Below, one piece after another: positions 9,277-19,332 of a stretch of 53,531 nt of DNA. The stretch comes from a virus (Duplodnaviria; Caudoviricetes). A program made the translations under genes and the position numbers. Numbering within the stretch: the stretch's first letter is position 1; every line of letters begins with the position of its first letter. The stretch covers positions 1 to 53,531 of the IMG/VR virus record IMGVR_UViG_3300004806_000031; one strand, 5' to 3'. The notes under the pieces were generated by a model. That model was given only the letters and a program-made list of their open reading frames with translations. It was not told where the DNA came from and did no database searches.

Positions 9277-12200
9277 GTGTGCGGTTCTAAAGGTACGTCC
9301 ACTACAACTTCCACTTACTCCCCTCCCGCGGGCGTTCAAGCCAATTATGACTATTTGGCTAACCAAGCGAAGCAAGTGTCGGCTACGCCTTTTCAACAAT
9401 ACACGGGCGAAATGGTTGCTGGCCTGACCCCCACGCAAGAGGCGGGGATATCTAATGTCAATGCATCGGCTGGACTAGCGCAACCATATTTTCAGGCTGG
9501 AACGGGATACGTTCAACAGGCAGCGAATCCATTTAACCAGCAATCCCTTAATCAATATATGTCGCCATACATCAATGATGTCGTGGCGCAGACAATGGCC
9601 AACTTGAACGAAACCAATGCCCAACAACAGCAACAAGTGTTGGGCAATCAAATTCAGCAAGGCGCGTTTGGCGGAGACCGCGGGAAAATCGCTCAAGCCG
9701 AGTTGGTCCGCCAGCAGAATTTAGCGAATGGCCAGACATTGGCCAACGTTCTCCAAGGCGGCTACGGCCAAGCATTGGGGCAATTTAACGCCGATCAGGC
9801 CCGCGCTTTGCAAGCCGGTTCAACTCTTGGGACATTCGGCACTCAGGCTCAGTCGGCAGCAATGCAGGGCGCTCAAGCGCAATTGTCTGCTGGCGCGCAA
9901 CAGCAAGCAGTCCAGCAAGCGCAAGACGTTGCAAATCAGCAGCAGTTCCAAGCGGCTCAGGCTTATCCGTTCCAAACAACCCAATTTTTGGGCAATATGT
10001 TGTTGGGTATTGGGGGGCAATCAGGCGGCACGGCACTTACAAGTGCGCCCGGTCCAAATATTGGGTCGCAAGTTTTGGGTGGCCTTACTACGTTGGCATC
10101 TATTCCGTGGGGGTCAGACGAACGCCTTAAAGAAAATATGGAGCCTGTCGGAAAAACCTTCGACGGACAAAATATTTACAAATTCAACTACAAGGGCGAC
10201 GGCCACACAATGCTTGGCTTAAGCGCGCAGGAAGTTGAAAAGCATAACCCAAATGCGGTTCACCGTGACGATCAAGGCATGCGTATGGTTGACTACGAGT
10301 CAGCGACACATGATGCTGCCGACAAGGGCCATTTTGCCCGCGGCGGCGTCGCTGATTGGATGGGTGGAGCAGTGCAAGAGGGATTGGGGCGCGCGCATTT
10401 TGAACTTGGCGGGATGCCATATTCAGACCAACCAACTGGCGGGTCAACAAAGCCATTGACGTTGGCCGATGTCATGCGTGTTTCAAATGCTATTCTTGCT
10501 AATAGGCCGGGCGGAAAAACTAATATTCCCCAAGCGCCAAAACCGTACGACGACACCGGAATTACAGATGTCGCAAAACAATTGGCGAATGCAACGCCAG
10601 AACAAAGAGCGAATATGAAGGCAAATATTGCCTCTATTCGCAATAATCTTGGCCTCGGCACAGTGGATGCTGCATCTATTATTGCGCCAACAAATTATCC
10701 TGATCAAACGGCAATGGGCGGTATGTACGGTCGTTTTGCGTCAGGTGGTTTGGTGGGCCGTAAAGCATACGCTGGAGATGATGGCCAATCTGGGGGCGTT
10801 TTGCCGTCCGATGGGAAAACTTTGTTCGAAAAAGCCACTGGCATGAATTTGTCTGACAATGCCCGCATGGGGCTGCTTGCTGCTGGCTTGGGTATGCTGT
10901 CTAGCCGCTCCCCATTCTTTGGCGTGGGCGTTGGTGAGGGCGCAACTGCGGGCCTTGGCACCTACTATAATGCTCTCGCCAACCAACGCGCTTATGAAAA
11001 CAAGCAGCGCGAATTGGGTTTAACAGAAGAAGAGCGTGAAATTGGACGGACACAAGCCGCCGCCTCGACGCTGAATGCTCAATCGACGGCAAAAGATGTT
11101 GCACTTAGAACCTTGGATAAAATTAAACAAAGTTACAGTTTAGGCACTGGTGACCCAATGTATCCTGATGGCCACGTCAATGGCCCATACGGGAAGCATA
11201 TGTCTTACGATGAATATCGCAAGCAAATGAGTGGAATGCTGGCCGCATCAGGGGCGTTACCCCCAGAATTAGTAAATATTTTATCCGACCCATCCCAATT
11301 AATTTCTCCTGCACCTTCCGTTGCAGGAAAGGCGTTGGGCGGTTCGGCGACAAACGCCAATCAAAGTGACGACCAATCAAACGCGAGCATTGTGGCAACT
11401 GCGCCCGCTCCAGACCAAGGGGCCGACGTAGAAAAGCCTATCCAATTGGCGCAAGCAGCGACTGGATCCTCAGCGACCGATCAGGGAGGAATGCAACCAA
11501 TTGATTATGACAAGTTGGCGCAAGATGCTTTGCGCCGTCGAGATATTGCGCGGTCGCACCCAGAATTTGCAAATTCTGACGCGGTGGCGAAGGCCGCTCA
11601 AGAAGATTACGATAAGTATTCTAAATTGTCGCCAACAATCCAAAAACAAGCGCGCGATTTAGAGGCGCAACAAAAGGCTATGGAATTGGGCATCACGCAA
11701 ATGGGTGATGTTGATAAAGGGTTGGGTGATCGTTCAGATTCACGCCCAGCCGCGCGCGCCCGCATCAACGACGCATCAAAACTTCTTTCCCTTTGGCAAT
11801 CGGGTCGCTTGAGTGACATTAAAGCGGCAGCGCCAGCGATTGCGGCGTCATTAGGCTTAGACATTAAAAACTATGCATTAAATGATGCGGCCTCGTATGA
11901 AACATTTACGAAGGACGCAACGCAAGCAATGTTTGACAAGGTTAAAGACCTTGGTGGCCGTATTTTGGTGACTGAAATTGAAGGCCAAAAACAAGCGAAT
12001 ATGAACCCCGACCTGCAACCAAAAACCAACCGCAACATTATTGGCGTTGCGAAGGGATTGATGGATGCTGAAGACAAATTCTTCGACGATTACAATACTT
12101 GGCGAGCCGGTGACGGTAAGTATGCAAACCTCGCACAATATAATGCGTGGAAGGCGGCGTGGCGCAAAGACCCCCAAAATAATTTAGATAATTTTATTGA

Positions 12201-12393
12201 TCAGGGGCGCGCCAATACTCCAGTTCGCGGCGACTTTGCTACGAATGAAAAAGAACGAAAGGCGGGATATAAGTATGTAATTCCGCCCGAAAAACTTGGC
12301 GACGAGCAACGCGCTCAATATCCAAATGGGTTGATTGCTCGTTGGACAGGTAAAGGTTGGGATCCGACGTCTTTGGAGGCTCCAGAGTTCTAA
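9277..12393 (+). CDS. Internal virion/ejection protein with internal peptidase S74-like (autocleaving chaperone) domain
   Basis: AGGAG then GTG start (MCGSKG); Q/A-rich pilot-like N-terminus; SDERLKEN...GLSAQEVE at about 10114-10300. Confidence 0.75.
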   Translation: MCGSKGTSTTTSTYSPPAGVQANYDYLANQAKQVSATPFQQYTGEMVAGLTPTQEAGISNVNASAGLAQPYFQAGTGYVQQAANPFNQQSLNQYMSPYINDVVAQTMANLNETNAQQQQQVLGNQIQQGAFGGDRGKIAQAELVRQQNLANGQTLANVLQGGYGQALGQFNADQARALQAGSTLGTFGTQAQSAAMQGAQAQLSAGAQQQAVQQAQDVANQQQFQAAQAYPFQTTQFLGNMLLGIGGQSGGTALTSAPGPNIGSQVLGGLTTLASIPWGSDERLKENMEPVGKTFDGQNIYKFNYKGDGHTMLGLSAQEVEKHNPNAVHRDDQGMRMVDYESATHDAADKGHFARGGVADWMGGAVQEGLGRAHFELGGMPYSDQPTGGSTKPLTLADVMRVSNAILANRPGGKTNIPQAPKPYDDTGITDVAKQLANATPEQRANMKANIASIRNNLGLGTVDAASIIAPTNYPDQTAMGGMYGRFASGGLVGRKAYAGDDGQSGGVLPSDGKTLFEKATGMNLSDNARMGLLAAGLGMLSSRSPFFGVGVGEGATAGLGTYYNALANQRAYENKQRELGLTEEEREIGRTQAAASTLNAQSTAKDVALRTLDKIKQSYSLGTGDPMYPDGHVNGPYGKHMSYDEYRKQMSGMLAASGALPPELVNILSDPSQLISPAPSVAGKALGGSATNANQSDDQSNASIVATAPAPDQGADVEKPIQLAQAATGSSATDQGGMQPIDYDKLAQDALRRRDIARSHPEFANSDAVAKAAQEDYDKYSKLSPTIQKQARDLEAQQKAMELGITQMGDVDKGLGDRSDSRPAARARINDASKLLSLWQSGRLSDIKAAAPAIAASLGLDIKNYALNDAASYETFTKDATQAMFDKVKDLGGRILVTEIEGQKQANMNPDLQPKTNRNIIGVAKGLMDAEDKFFDDYNTWRAGDGKYANLAQYNAWKAAWRKDPQNNLDNFIDQGRANTPVRGDFATNEKERKAGYKYVIPPEKLGDEQRAQYPNGLIARWTGKGWDPTSLEAPEF

Positions 12394-14651
12394 TGGCTAA
12401 TCAACAACAGAAAATTTTATCGGACGCTGATTTGGGTATTGTTGGGACGCCAACCCAAACAAACCAAAATGCTGCCGCGCCTCAACAGCCCACACAACCC
12501 CCAAATAAGTCTGTTTTATCTGACGCTGATTTGGGGTTGTTGTCTGCGCGGCCAGATTTGCGCCCAACTTACGATGTCCCCAAAAGCGCATTGTCTGCGG
12601 CTGAACGCATGCCAATTGGATTTGTTAATGCGCCCGCTGACATTATGAATTTTGTGTCTGACGCATTGGAAAAAGGCTTGGCAACAACTGTTGATGGCGC
12701 AATAAATCTTTACAATTCTGCCGTTGGCGACACAGACACTCCTGAAGGCAAGCGTCGTTTGGAAGTTGCCCGAGGTGCTTTGAGTAAAGCGCATGAAACA
12801 AATTTAGCGACGCGCCCCTATTCAACTTCACAAATTGCCACGGAAGTTGACCCGTATGCTCGTCAAGTGCTGCCTGTTGGACCCGCGTATCAGTCAAAAA
12901 CTGGCCCCGGACAATTTACGCAAACGGCTATTGATGTTGCTGGGCCGGGCATGTTTGGTAAAGGGAAACTTGCGACAAAATTGTTGCGCGGCGCTACTTC
13001 TGTTCTTGGGGTTGAGGCGGCGGATACTGCCGCTGACTACGCTGGCTTGACTGACCCAACAACTCGCACGGCATTGAGTATGTTGGGAGGCATTACTGGC
13101 GGCGGTGTTGGTGAAATGGCCGTGCGCGGCAAAAATGTTGTCGGCAATATTGTTGACCCAACACAGGCGGCAAATGAACGAATTGCTCAGGTTATTAAAC
13201 AAGCCAGAGAAGAAGGGCGAGCGCCAACTGACGCAGAAATTCAACAAGCACTTGCGTCAAATGCGCCGCTAACGGCTTACGATTTAGCGGGCGAGCGCAG
13301 TCCTGAACTTGTAAATCCAGCAGCCACTGGCCCAGAGCGAGACGCTCTGTTGCAAATAAATAAGGCCATTCAAGATCGTGGCGCGGCGGCATTTGGTCGT
13401 GTCAACGATGGCTTGGATAATATTCTTGGCCGCAAAGTTGACGCCGGTGAAACGCGCGCAAAAATTTCTGAGCAACAAGGTATAGACAATAAAGCAAATT
13501 ATGAAAAAGCATTAAGTGACCCTCTAGCAGCAAACATGGAATCGCCAACGGTTATGAAATTAAAGGATAACCCTTTAATTCAAGGCGCTTACAACGACGC
13601 TGTAAAAACTTTGGGTGGGTATTCCCCGTCATTAAAGTTTTGGGATCAAGTTAAGCGCAATTTGGATGACGCCAGTAATGCGGCATTTCGTCGAGGCGAG
13701 GGCAACTTGGGGTCTGATTTATCGACTGTCCGCAATCAATTGCGTGATGATCTAAAATCACAAAATCCAACTTACGCTGACGCATTGTCTGGCGCGTCTG
13801 ATTTTTTCAAAGCCAAAAATGCAGTTGATGCGGGGTATAAATACGCAAGTAAATTTAATACTTTCGACGCTGCCCAAGTGAGACAGGCTATTTCTAAATT
13901 TAGCCCAGACCAATTGGCTTTGTTTCAAGAAGGTTTTGTTAGTGCTTTGAAGGATAAAGCGCAGGGTGGTGCCGATAAACTTTTAACAGGCCTTGATAAA
14001 GCATCGTCGGTTGGGAAATTAAATGATGTGTTCCCGTCCAAAAATGGAACACAAGCGCGTCAAATCCAAAGCATGGTTGATTTGGAAAATATGACGCGCG
14101 ACGTTGACACAATTAAACTTGCCCAAAATCTTGGCGAAAGCAGTCAGGCTGGCGCTGGAAACCGCATGCTTGAATTTGCAGTTTCCGGTGCTTCTGGATT
14201 AGGTTTAGGAGCATTTCAAGGTCCAACAACAGGGACCATTGCTGCTTTAGGAACTTTCCTCGCAACGGAGGCAACGCGTGGCGTTTTAAGCGCCGCTCAA
14301 AAAAACGTGGCGCGTCAAGTTGCTGAAACATTGGCGTCTGGCGACGCTGGGAAAATTGCAGAATTGTCTAAGTTGGCCGAGACAACGCCAGCCGTAAAGA
14401 CAACACTGCAAAAACTAGAACCATTCCTCGCGCATACCGCACTGACCATGACTGGCGTTAATGCAGCCAATGCAAATCAACGCCCGCAACGCGCGTCGGG
14501 CGGGTCCGTCATCGACAAAAAGGCAGACGCTTTGGTGAGCGAATCACTCCGCAACCAAAAATTAATCGCCAATCACACAGAGCAAATGCTTTCGATGCCC
14601 GACGACGCGGTGATGCAAGCGTTACATGTAGCGCGGAGCGTGGCGGCCTAG
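12393..14651 (+). CDS. Large internal virion/ejection protein
   Basis: TAATG coupling; Ala-rich helical sequence; duplicated LSDADLG near the N-terminus; last gene of the late operon. Confidence 0.7.
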   Translation: MANQQQKILSDADLGIVGTPTQTNQNAAAPQQPTQPPNKSVLSDADLGLLSARPDLRPTYDVPKSALSAAERMPIGFVNAPADIMNFVSDALEKGLATTVDGAINLYNSAVGDTDTPEGKRRLEVARGALSKAHETNLATRPYSTSQIATEVDPYARQVLPVGPAYQSKTGPGQFTQTAIDVAGPGMFGKGKLATKLLRGATSVLGVEAADTAADYAGLTDPTTRTALSMLGGITGGGVGEMAVRGKNVVGNIVDPTQAANERIAQVIKQAREEGRAPTDAEIQQALASNAPLTAYDLAGERSPELVNPAATGPERDALLQINKAIQDRGAAAFGRVNDGLDNILGRKVDAGETRAKISEQQGIDNKANYEKALSDPLAANMESPTVMKLKDNPLIQGAYNDAVKTLGGYSPSLKFWDQVKRNLDDASNAAFRRGEGNLGSDLSTVRNQLRDDLKSQNPTYADALSGASDFFKAKNAVDAGYKYASKFNTFDAAQVRQAISKFSPDQLALFQEGFVSALKDKAQGGADKLLTGLDKASSVGKLNDVFPSKNGTQARQIQSMVDLENMTRDVDTIKLAQNLGESSQAGAGNRMLEFAVSGASGLGLGAFQGPTTGTIAALGTFLATEATRGVLSAAQKNVARQVAETLASGDAGKIAELSKLAETTPAVKTTLQKLEPFLAHTALTMTGVNAANANQRPQRASGGSVIDKKADALVSESLRNQKLIANHTEQMLSMPDDAVMQALHVARSVAA

Positions 14652-15067
14652 TATTTCTCTGCCGCCCGCAATACCCGCTTGGCGTATCTATTTTTTGTAG
14701 ATACGGAGCCATTATAGCAACCAAGCATGAGCGTAACATCCTCGTGCTTGTCGCGGCAGTAACTCAAATACCGCAAGCCATACTCCAAGTTGTTTTCGGG
14801 TTTCATCAGGTCGCTGGCGGACCCACGGAAGCCCATTGATCTGGCAGTGCCGATGCGGATTTGCATCAATCCGTAATTGCCGTCCTTTTCAACGTTCGGC
14901 TTAAATGTGCTTTCTACGTCAACAAGCCCCAATGCAATTTCTGGCTTGATGTCATGTGAAATCGCTGCCGCACGAATCATTTCATGCAGGGGCGAATTGG
15001 CTGATTTGCTAACGGTCTCGCAACCTACCGAAACCAAACAAGCGAGTATTAAGGTCGATAGTTTCAT
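14648..15067 (-). CDS. Lytic transglycosylase (SLT) with lipoprotein signal
   Basis: ES, GLMQI, NLEYG..YL and YNG motifs; MKLSTLILACLVSVG-C lipobox-like N-terminus. Confidence 0.85.
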   Translation of the reverse strand: MKLSTLILACLVSVGCETVSKSANSPLHEMIRAAAISHDIKPEIALGLVDVESTFKPNVEKDGNYGLMQIRIGTARSMGFRGSASDLMKPENNLEYGLRYLSYCRDKHEDVTLMLGCYNGSVSTKNRYAKRVLRAAEKY

Positions 15068-15072
15068 CACGC

Positions 15073-15429
15073 TCAACGCGGGACGATTGAACCATCTAAC
15101 TTCTTTTTCCACTTGGAGGTTTTACCATATGGAAGCGGAGATTTCGACCCCCTAATTCCCAGATGTTTGGCTTTCTGTCTTTTGGCTTTTGCGGTCATTT
15201 GATGGTCCTTTTTTGTCTTTTCTTTTGCACATGGCTTGCATGTCAAACGAATGTTGTCGTCAGTGTCCGTGCCGCCTAATTCCAATGCACGGACATGCTC
15301 GAATATAAACTGCCCAGTCATCAATTTGATGCCGCACAGCATGCACTTCCCGCCCTCGCGCTCCCAAATCGCCAATTTTCTTTTGGCTGATAGGTTGCCA
15401 CGCTTGGTTGTTCCGACGTCCTCAATCAT
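15073..15429 (-). CDS. HNH endonuclease
   Basis: CMLCG...EHVRALELGGTD..DN....CKPC. Confidence 0.85.
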   Translation of the reverse strand: MIEDVGTTKRGNLSAKRKLAIWEREGGKCMLCGIKLMTGQFIFEHVRALELGGTDTDDNIRLTCKPCAKEKTKKDHQMTAKAKRQKAKHLGIRGSKSPLPYGKTSKWKKKLDGSIVPR

Positions 15430-15868
15430 GATTTAATTCCGATTGCGGGACAAAAAATGCTGGTCGTCCACCGGCGGGGTCGCGCCACCATTTTTCTTTT
15501 TTCCCGTCGCGGGCAGTAATCCACCCCCTGACGTCATAAGTTCCATTCAAGCCAGTGAGCAACCAGAAAATTTTATCGTCCTCGTCCTTTGGGTGAAGAA
15601 TTAAATCACCATTGGACCGTGACGATGTTCTCACTTGGTAATTACCAACGTCATCGCCGCGCATCTTTCCCTTGCCATGCCAAAACACATTTAAGTGCTT
15701 CGCCAATGCAAATTCCCCCATCGCGCCCTCAATGGAGTATTGCCAATCGTTTTCATGGCCAGCGCCATACGCTGGCTTCACATTGTTTTTCACATTTTCT
15801 ATTTGTCGCATGATGCCAGCATTTGCCGCCAGCAACATATCGGATGCGGTTAAAACAATTCGCGTCAT
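15422..15868 (-). CDS. Hypothetical protein (possible PD-(D/E)XK nuclease fold)
   Basis: EGAMGEFALAK, DDVG.YQVR and GW motifs; overlaps both neighbours. Confidence 0.6.
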   Translation of the reverse strand: MTRIVLTASDMLLAANAGIMRQIENVKNNVKPAYGAGHENDWQYSIEGAMGEFALAKHLNVFWHGKGKMRGDDVGNYQVRTSSRSNGDLILHPKDEDDKIFWLLTGLNGTYDVRGWITARDGKKEKWWRDPAGGRPAFFVPQSELNHD

Positions 15869-16200
15869 TTGAAATTGTTTCCTGCTCGTTGGTTGGCTTG
15901 TTCTGATCGCCACGCCTCAATTACAGCGTCGGCGCGGTTTCTTTCGGCTCGGTAATATTCGTCCCACTTAATTGCTTCGGCTTCATCATCAACGGCTTGG
16001 ATATACCGACTGTGTTGCTCGGCCCAAGCCTCTTTCATGGCGGATGTTTTTTCTTCGGAGTTGAGGATCAGGTTCGCCCTGACCCTCTTTCTCGCGTGTT
16101 CAGCCCTGAAACGATTGGCTCTGGCCTCGGCCCCCTGCTCACTGTGCGCCGCAAGGAAATTAAGCGCCTCTTCCATCATTTCATCGGTTATGAACTTCAT
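15865..16200 (-). CDS. Hypothetical helical protein (recombination operon)
   Basis: ATGA couplings; IEAWRSEQANQR C-terminus. Confidence 0.7.
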   Translation of the reverse strand: MKFITDEMMEEALNFLAAHSEQGAEARANRFRAEHARKRVRANLILNSEEKTSAMKEAWAEQHSRYIQAVDDEAEAIKWDEYYRAERNRADAVIEAWRSEQANQRAGNNFK

Positions 16201-16418
16201 TCGTATTTCTCACTGAAATTAGGATCATACGGGACCAATGTAATCCAGCACTCACCGTCTTGATTTGTTAGTGGGGCCGCTTCAAGGGACACATTGATAT
16301 TTGTGCCATTGCGGCCCAAGAAGCCGCGGCCCAGTTTTGTTTTCCTGACATTGCCATGCCGATCCTGACGGTAAGACAAGACAATATATTCAGTTGATCC
16401 ATCTTTATCTTGATTCAT
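16197..16418 (-). CDS. Hypothetical protein
   Basis: Coupled to its neighbours; KTKLGRGF..INVSLEA beta-rich pattern. Confidence 0.65.
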   Translation of the reverse strand: MNQDKDGSTEYIVLSYRQDRHGNVRKTKLGRGFLGRNGTNINVSLEAAPLTNQDGECWITLVPYDPNFSEKYE

Positions 16419-16884
16419 ATTGCCTGTGCCTTTCTGCATGGTGTGTCCGGCACAACCAAATTACTTCTAACGGTTTTGAATAGTCTTCGTGATGCGCCTC
16501 AGACCTTGAATTACCACAAACTACACAAGGCGTCTTTATCAATTTTTTGCTCCTTATGGCATTGCGAACTATAATATGCGTTTTCCGTTTTTCTGGATTT
16601 TTTTCAATCCAATTTTTTTTGTGTTCTCTTAACTTTTCTCTATTTTTTTCTGCCCAACGTTTTCTTTGTTGCCTAGCATATTCACGACGTTCTTCATTAT
16701 GATAATACCTATTCCGGTCATATTCCCGAACGTGGTCATTTTCTGCTCTGTGAACTTTAACTCTGGATTTAACGCATTCTTTACAATGGTTTAGATATCC
16801 ATCTGCCATTTTAGCATGAGCATAAAATCCAGAGTTGAGTTCTTTTTCACATCCGCATGAAATGCAAACTTTGGTCTTACCCAT
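16405..16884 (-). CDS. Zn-binding HNH-like protein
   Basis: CxxC..CKEC at the N-terminus; PCVVCG..EAHHEDYSKPL..WLC..HH at the C-terminus. Confidence 0.75.
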   Translation of the reverse strand: MGKTKVCISCGCEKELNSGFYAHAKMADGYLNHCKECVKSRVKVHRAENDHVREYDRNRYYHNEERREYARQQRKRWAEKNREKLREHKKNWIEKNPEKRKTHIIVRNAIRSKKLIKTPCVVCGNSRSEAHHEDYSKPLEVIWLCRTHHAERHRQYESR

Positions 16885-16922
16885 AACAAACCTCTGCGAG
16901 TTGGGAATCAGTCCCACAGAGG

Positions 16923-17228
16923 TTAATTAAAAGGGATTTCGTCGTCAATATCTACTTCCTCCGCTTCCGCAACCTTAGGCTTGGCTTTGGTCATCGTCTT
17001 ACTCAGTAAGGAAGTCTTTGGCGGGGCGGATGCACGTTCGCCCGATGAATTCTTTTCGGTGAAGGAACAAGTCCAGAACTCGCCAGATTTGCCATTCTTC
17101 GACCAAATGCTGATGTAGTATTCCTTCCCATCAACCATGACCGAGCCGTTAAAGTCCGGCTGGTTGTCACGCGTTTTGCGATTATTGACGAAGAAGGAGC
17201 CACTATTGTCGCGTTGTTCGTATGCCAT
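16923..17228 (-). CDS. Single-stranded DNA-binding protein (phage type)
   Basis: Acidic DDEIPF tail; NSG..F.N..K....PDFNG; adjacent to ERF. Confidence 0.75.
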   Translation of the reverse strand: MAYEQRDNSGSFFVNNRKTRDNQPDFNGSVMVDGKEYYISIWSKNGKSGEFWTCSFTEKNSSGERASAPPKTSLLSKTMTKAKPKVAEAEEVDIDDEIPFN

Positions 17229-17229
17229 T

Positions 17230-17898
17230 TCACTTTGCCTTTTTACTTGCATTGATTTCTTTTACGCGGTCTGAACAGAGTTGGCGCAGTGCCTCGTAGT
17301 CCTCGCTGTCCTTTTCCAAATTCATGGTCGCAAAGTTTTCTTTTAACTCTTGCTTCCAAAAATCCTGAACGTCCTTGACCGTCTCGCACATTTCCACGGC
17401 CATTTGGAAGACCCGCATATAAGTCAGCAAGTCTTTTGTATAGTTGGCCCACGGCAATGTCTTGGCTGGCTCAGATGACGAGGCTTGCTGATCCCGCTCA
17501 GGATCATCGCCAGTCTCAATCTGAAACAGTTTGAACAAGAAATATTTATTCGCGCCAGTGATGGCCTTGTAAACACCCTTGTCACCCACAGCGCCATTCT
17601 TTGCGCGGTCGTTACCGCAGCCAGAAATGCGAATGGGCGTCGGCCAAATGTCGCCATCCCTGTGGACCAGCGTGTATTTCATGTCCACAATGGTGTTGCC
17701 ATGCTCGTCCATCGGCCTGACCATTTCAACCGACGGGATAAGGATCAAGCCTTCCTCGATCAAGGCTGGACGCAAACGCTCCAACAAGTCGGCCTCTGAC
17801 GCATACTTGTAGCCGTGAAATTTATTCTCACTGCCCTTTTGAACGTAACCGACCTTTGCCATTACGTTGTGCAATGCTGTCGCTATCTTCGCACTCAT
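17230..17898 (-). CDS. erf: ERF-family single-strand annealing protein
   Basis: K...NKFHGYKYASEAD and DKGVYKAITGANKYFL..LF.I.TGDD motifs. Confidence 0.85.
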   Translation of the reverse strand: MSAKIATALHNVMAKVGYVQKGSENKFHGYKYASEADLLERLRPALIEEGLILIPSVEMVRPMDEHGNTIVDMKYTLVHRDGDIWPTPIRISGCGNDRAKNGAVGDKGVYKAITGANKYFLFKLFQIETGDDPERDQQASSSEPAKTLPWANYTKDLLTYMRVFQMAVEMCETVKDVQDFWKQELKENFATMNLEKDSEDYEALRQLCSDRVKEINASKKAK

Positions 17899-17902
17899 TT
17901 CT

Positions 17903-18400
17903 TCAATTTCCTCTGATTGATAAGGCTGTTCCGCCATTTGAGAGGGTGACGCCCGGCACATCCATTTTCTCCAACATTTCTTTCAGCAATACCCTATTTG
18001 GTTCTTTTTTGATTCGCATGAAGTCGTCTGGGATCGCGTACTCGTCATACACGACGACCGACGGCGGCACGTTCCTGATGGAAATCGTCGCGGTCGGGAA
18101 TTCCATTTTCTTGATGTCCGCCACTTCCATCAGGCGCTTCATCAATTCACGGCCAAATTCGACCCGCTTGTCAAACCGAATTTGGCGATCCTTGATGTCA
18201 CGCATGGCGGCGTCGCAAGCATTGGACAGGTAAATTGCGTCTTGTGTGCGGCGCAACAATCTTTCCATAGTTTCACGAAAATCTGTAGAACCTTCAAGCA
18301 TATCCGCCCTAAGTTCCTCGTCTGCGGCCAGTTCTGGGTAGCGTTCCAGAAGCAGTTCAATTGTGCGCCGCAATATTTCAATATCGTATTGATTTGGCAT
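17903..18400 (-). CDS. Siphovirus Gp157-family protein
   Basis: Coiled coil, then ISIRNVPPSVVV.DE..IPDDF...K.EPN and VPGVTL. Confidence 0.85.
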   Translation of the reverse strand: MPNQYDIEILRRTIELLLERYPELAADEELRADMLEGSTDFRETMERLLRRTQDAIYLSNACDAAMRDIKDRQIRFDKRVEFGRELMKRLMEVADIKKMEFPTATISIRNVPPSVVVYDEYAIPDDFMRIKKEPNRVLLKEMLEKMDVPGVTLSNGGTALSIRGN

Positions 18401-18433
18401 TCGATTCCTTTCACAAAACCTGTTTAGGTTTTT

Positions 18434-18448
18434 GTTCTTATGTTGTCC
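18434..18448. promoter_or_regulatory. Possible alphaproteobacterial LexA box (one mismatch)
   Basis: GTTC-TTATGTT-GTCC just downstream of the leftward promoter. Confidence 0.4.
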
Positions 18449-18461
18449 CCAACGGGAAGAT

Positions 18462-18490
18462 CATTTACGCATAGTGAAAATTTAGTCAAG
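18462..18490 (-). promoter_or_regulatory. Putative sigma70 promoter of the leftward recombination operon
   Basis: Minus strand reads CTTGACT-aaattttcactatgcg-TAAATG. Confidence 0.5.
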
Positions 18491-18499
18491 AGGCCCACA

Positions 18500-18748
18500 A
18501 TGCTATTACAACTCAATCCGCCCATCCCAGTCATTACGCCAAAGGGCAAGGGGCTGGCCCATGTCCTGATCGACTACGGACCAGAACATGATCTTCTTTG
18601 GGTCGTATTTCAAGACGAAAATGGCGAGTGTTGGACTTTTAACAACAAAGAAGTCCGCGGTCAGGTAAACGTAACCATGAGCAGACCAATTGTTGCCCAG
18701 CCATTTGCGGCTAACCATGAGCGGCCAAGGATTGTGCCAAATGTCTGA
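18500..18748 (+). CDS. Conserved phage hypothetical protein
   Basis: MLLQLNPPIPV.TPKG.G.A...IDYG.EHDL.WV pattern. Confidence 0.75.
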   Translation: MLLQLNPPIPVITPKGKGLAHVLIDYGPEHDLLWVVFQDENGECWTFNNKEVRGQVNVTMSRPIVAQPFAANHERPRIVPNV

Positions 18749-18962
18749 ACATCCATTGCGAAAATGGCGCATAAACAACAACATTACCCTGACAGAATTG
18801 GCGTCGCGGTGCGGCACGACGGCAGCGTCAATCTCACGCATTGAGCGAGGATCGCAGCAGCCGTCTATGGCCATGCTTATGAAAATTTTTAAGGCCACAA
18901 ACGACGAAATTAATTTTTGGCATTTCATGTGTGAGTGGGAGGGTAATCGTGATCAGGCTTGA
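18741..18962 (+). CDS. Cro/XRE-family HTH regulator
   Basis: LRKWR...ITLTELASRCGTTAASISRIERG.QQPS. Confidence 0.85.
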   Translation: MSEHPLRKWRINNNITLTELASRCGTTAASISRIERGSQQPSMAMLMKIFKATNDEINFWHFMCEWEGNRDQA

Positions 18963-19332
18963 ATTACCATTAGCGCCCAGCACCAATCGGCTTTGGCGCG
19001 TCGGAAAGGGCGGTCGCATGTATCGCGCCCCTGAGTATGTCGCTTGGCTAGAAGAAGCCGGTTGGATGATTAAAGAACAAACCAAGAACCAAATATCGGG
19101 GGCGTATGTCCTCCACATTTCTGCAACCAAGCCAGATCGTCGGAAACGCGATTTGGACAACTTACTGAAATCAACGAGCGACCTTTTGGTGAAGATGAAA
19201 ATAGTCGAGGACGATTCGGAATGCCGCGGAATTGCCGCCGAGTGGGCGGATCATGGCATCCCGATGGTTGTGTCTATTTACGGCATCGAGGAGGACGCAT
19301 GGACAGAGAACCGCAAACGATTGATGAATTGA
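18949..19332 (+). CDS. rusA: RusA-like Holliday junction resolvase
   Basis: PSTN.LWR, RDLDNLLK...DLL and IVEDD catalytic motifs. Confidence 0.88.
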   Translation: MIRLELPLAPSTNRLWRVGKGGRMYRAPEYVAWLEEAGWMIKEQTKNQISGAYVLHISATKPDRRKRDLDNLLKSTSDLLVKMKIVEDDSECRGIAAEWADHGIPMVVSIYGIEEDAWTENRKRLMN

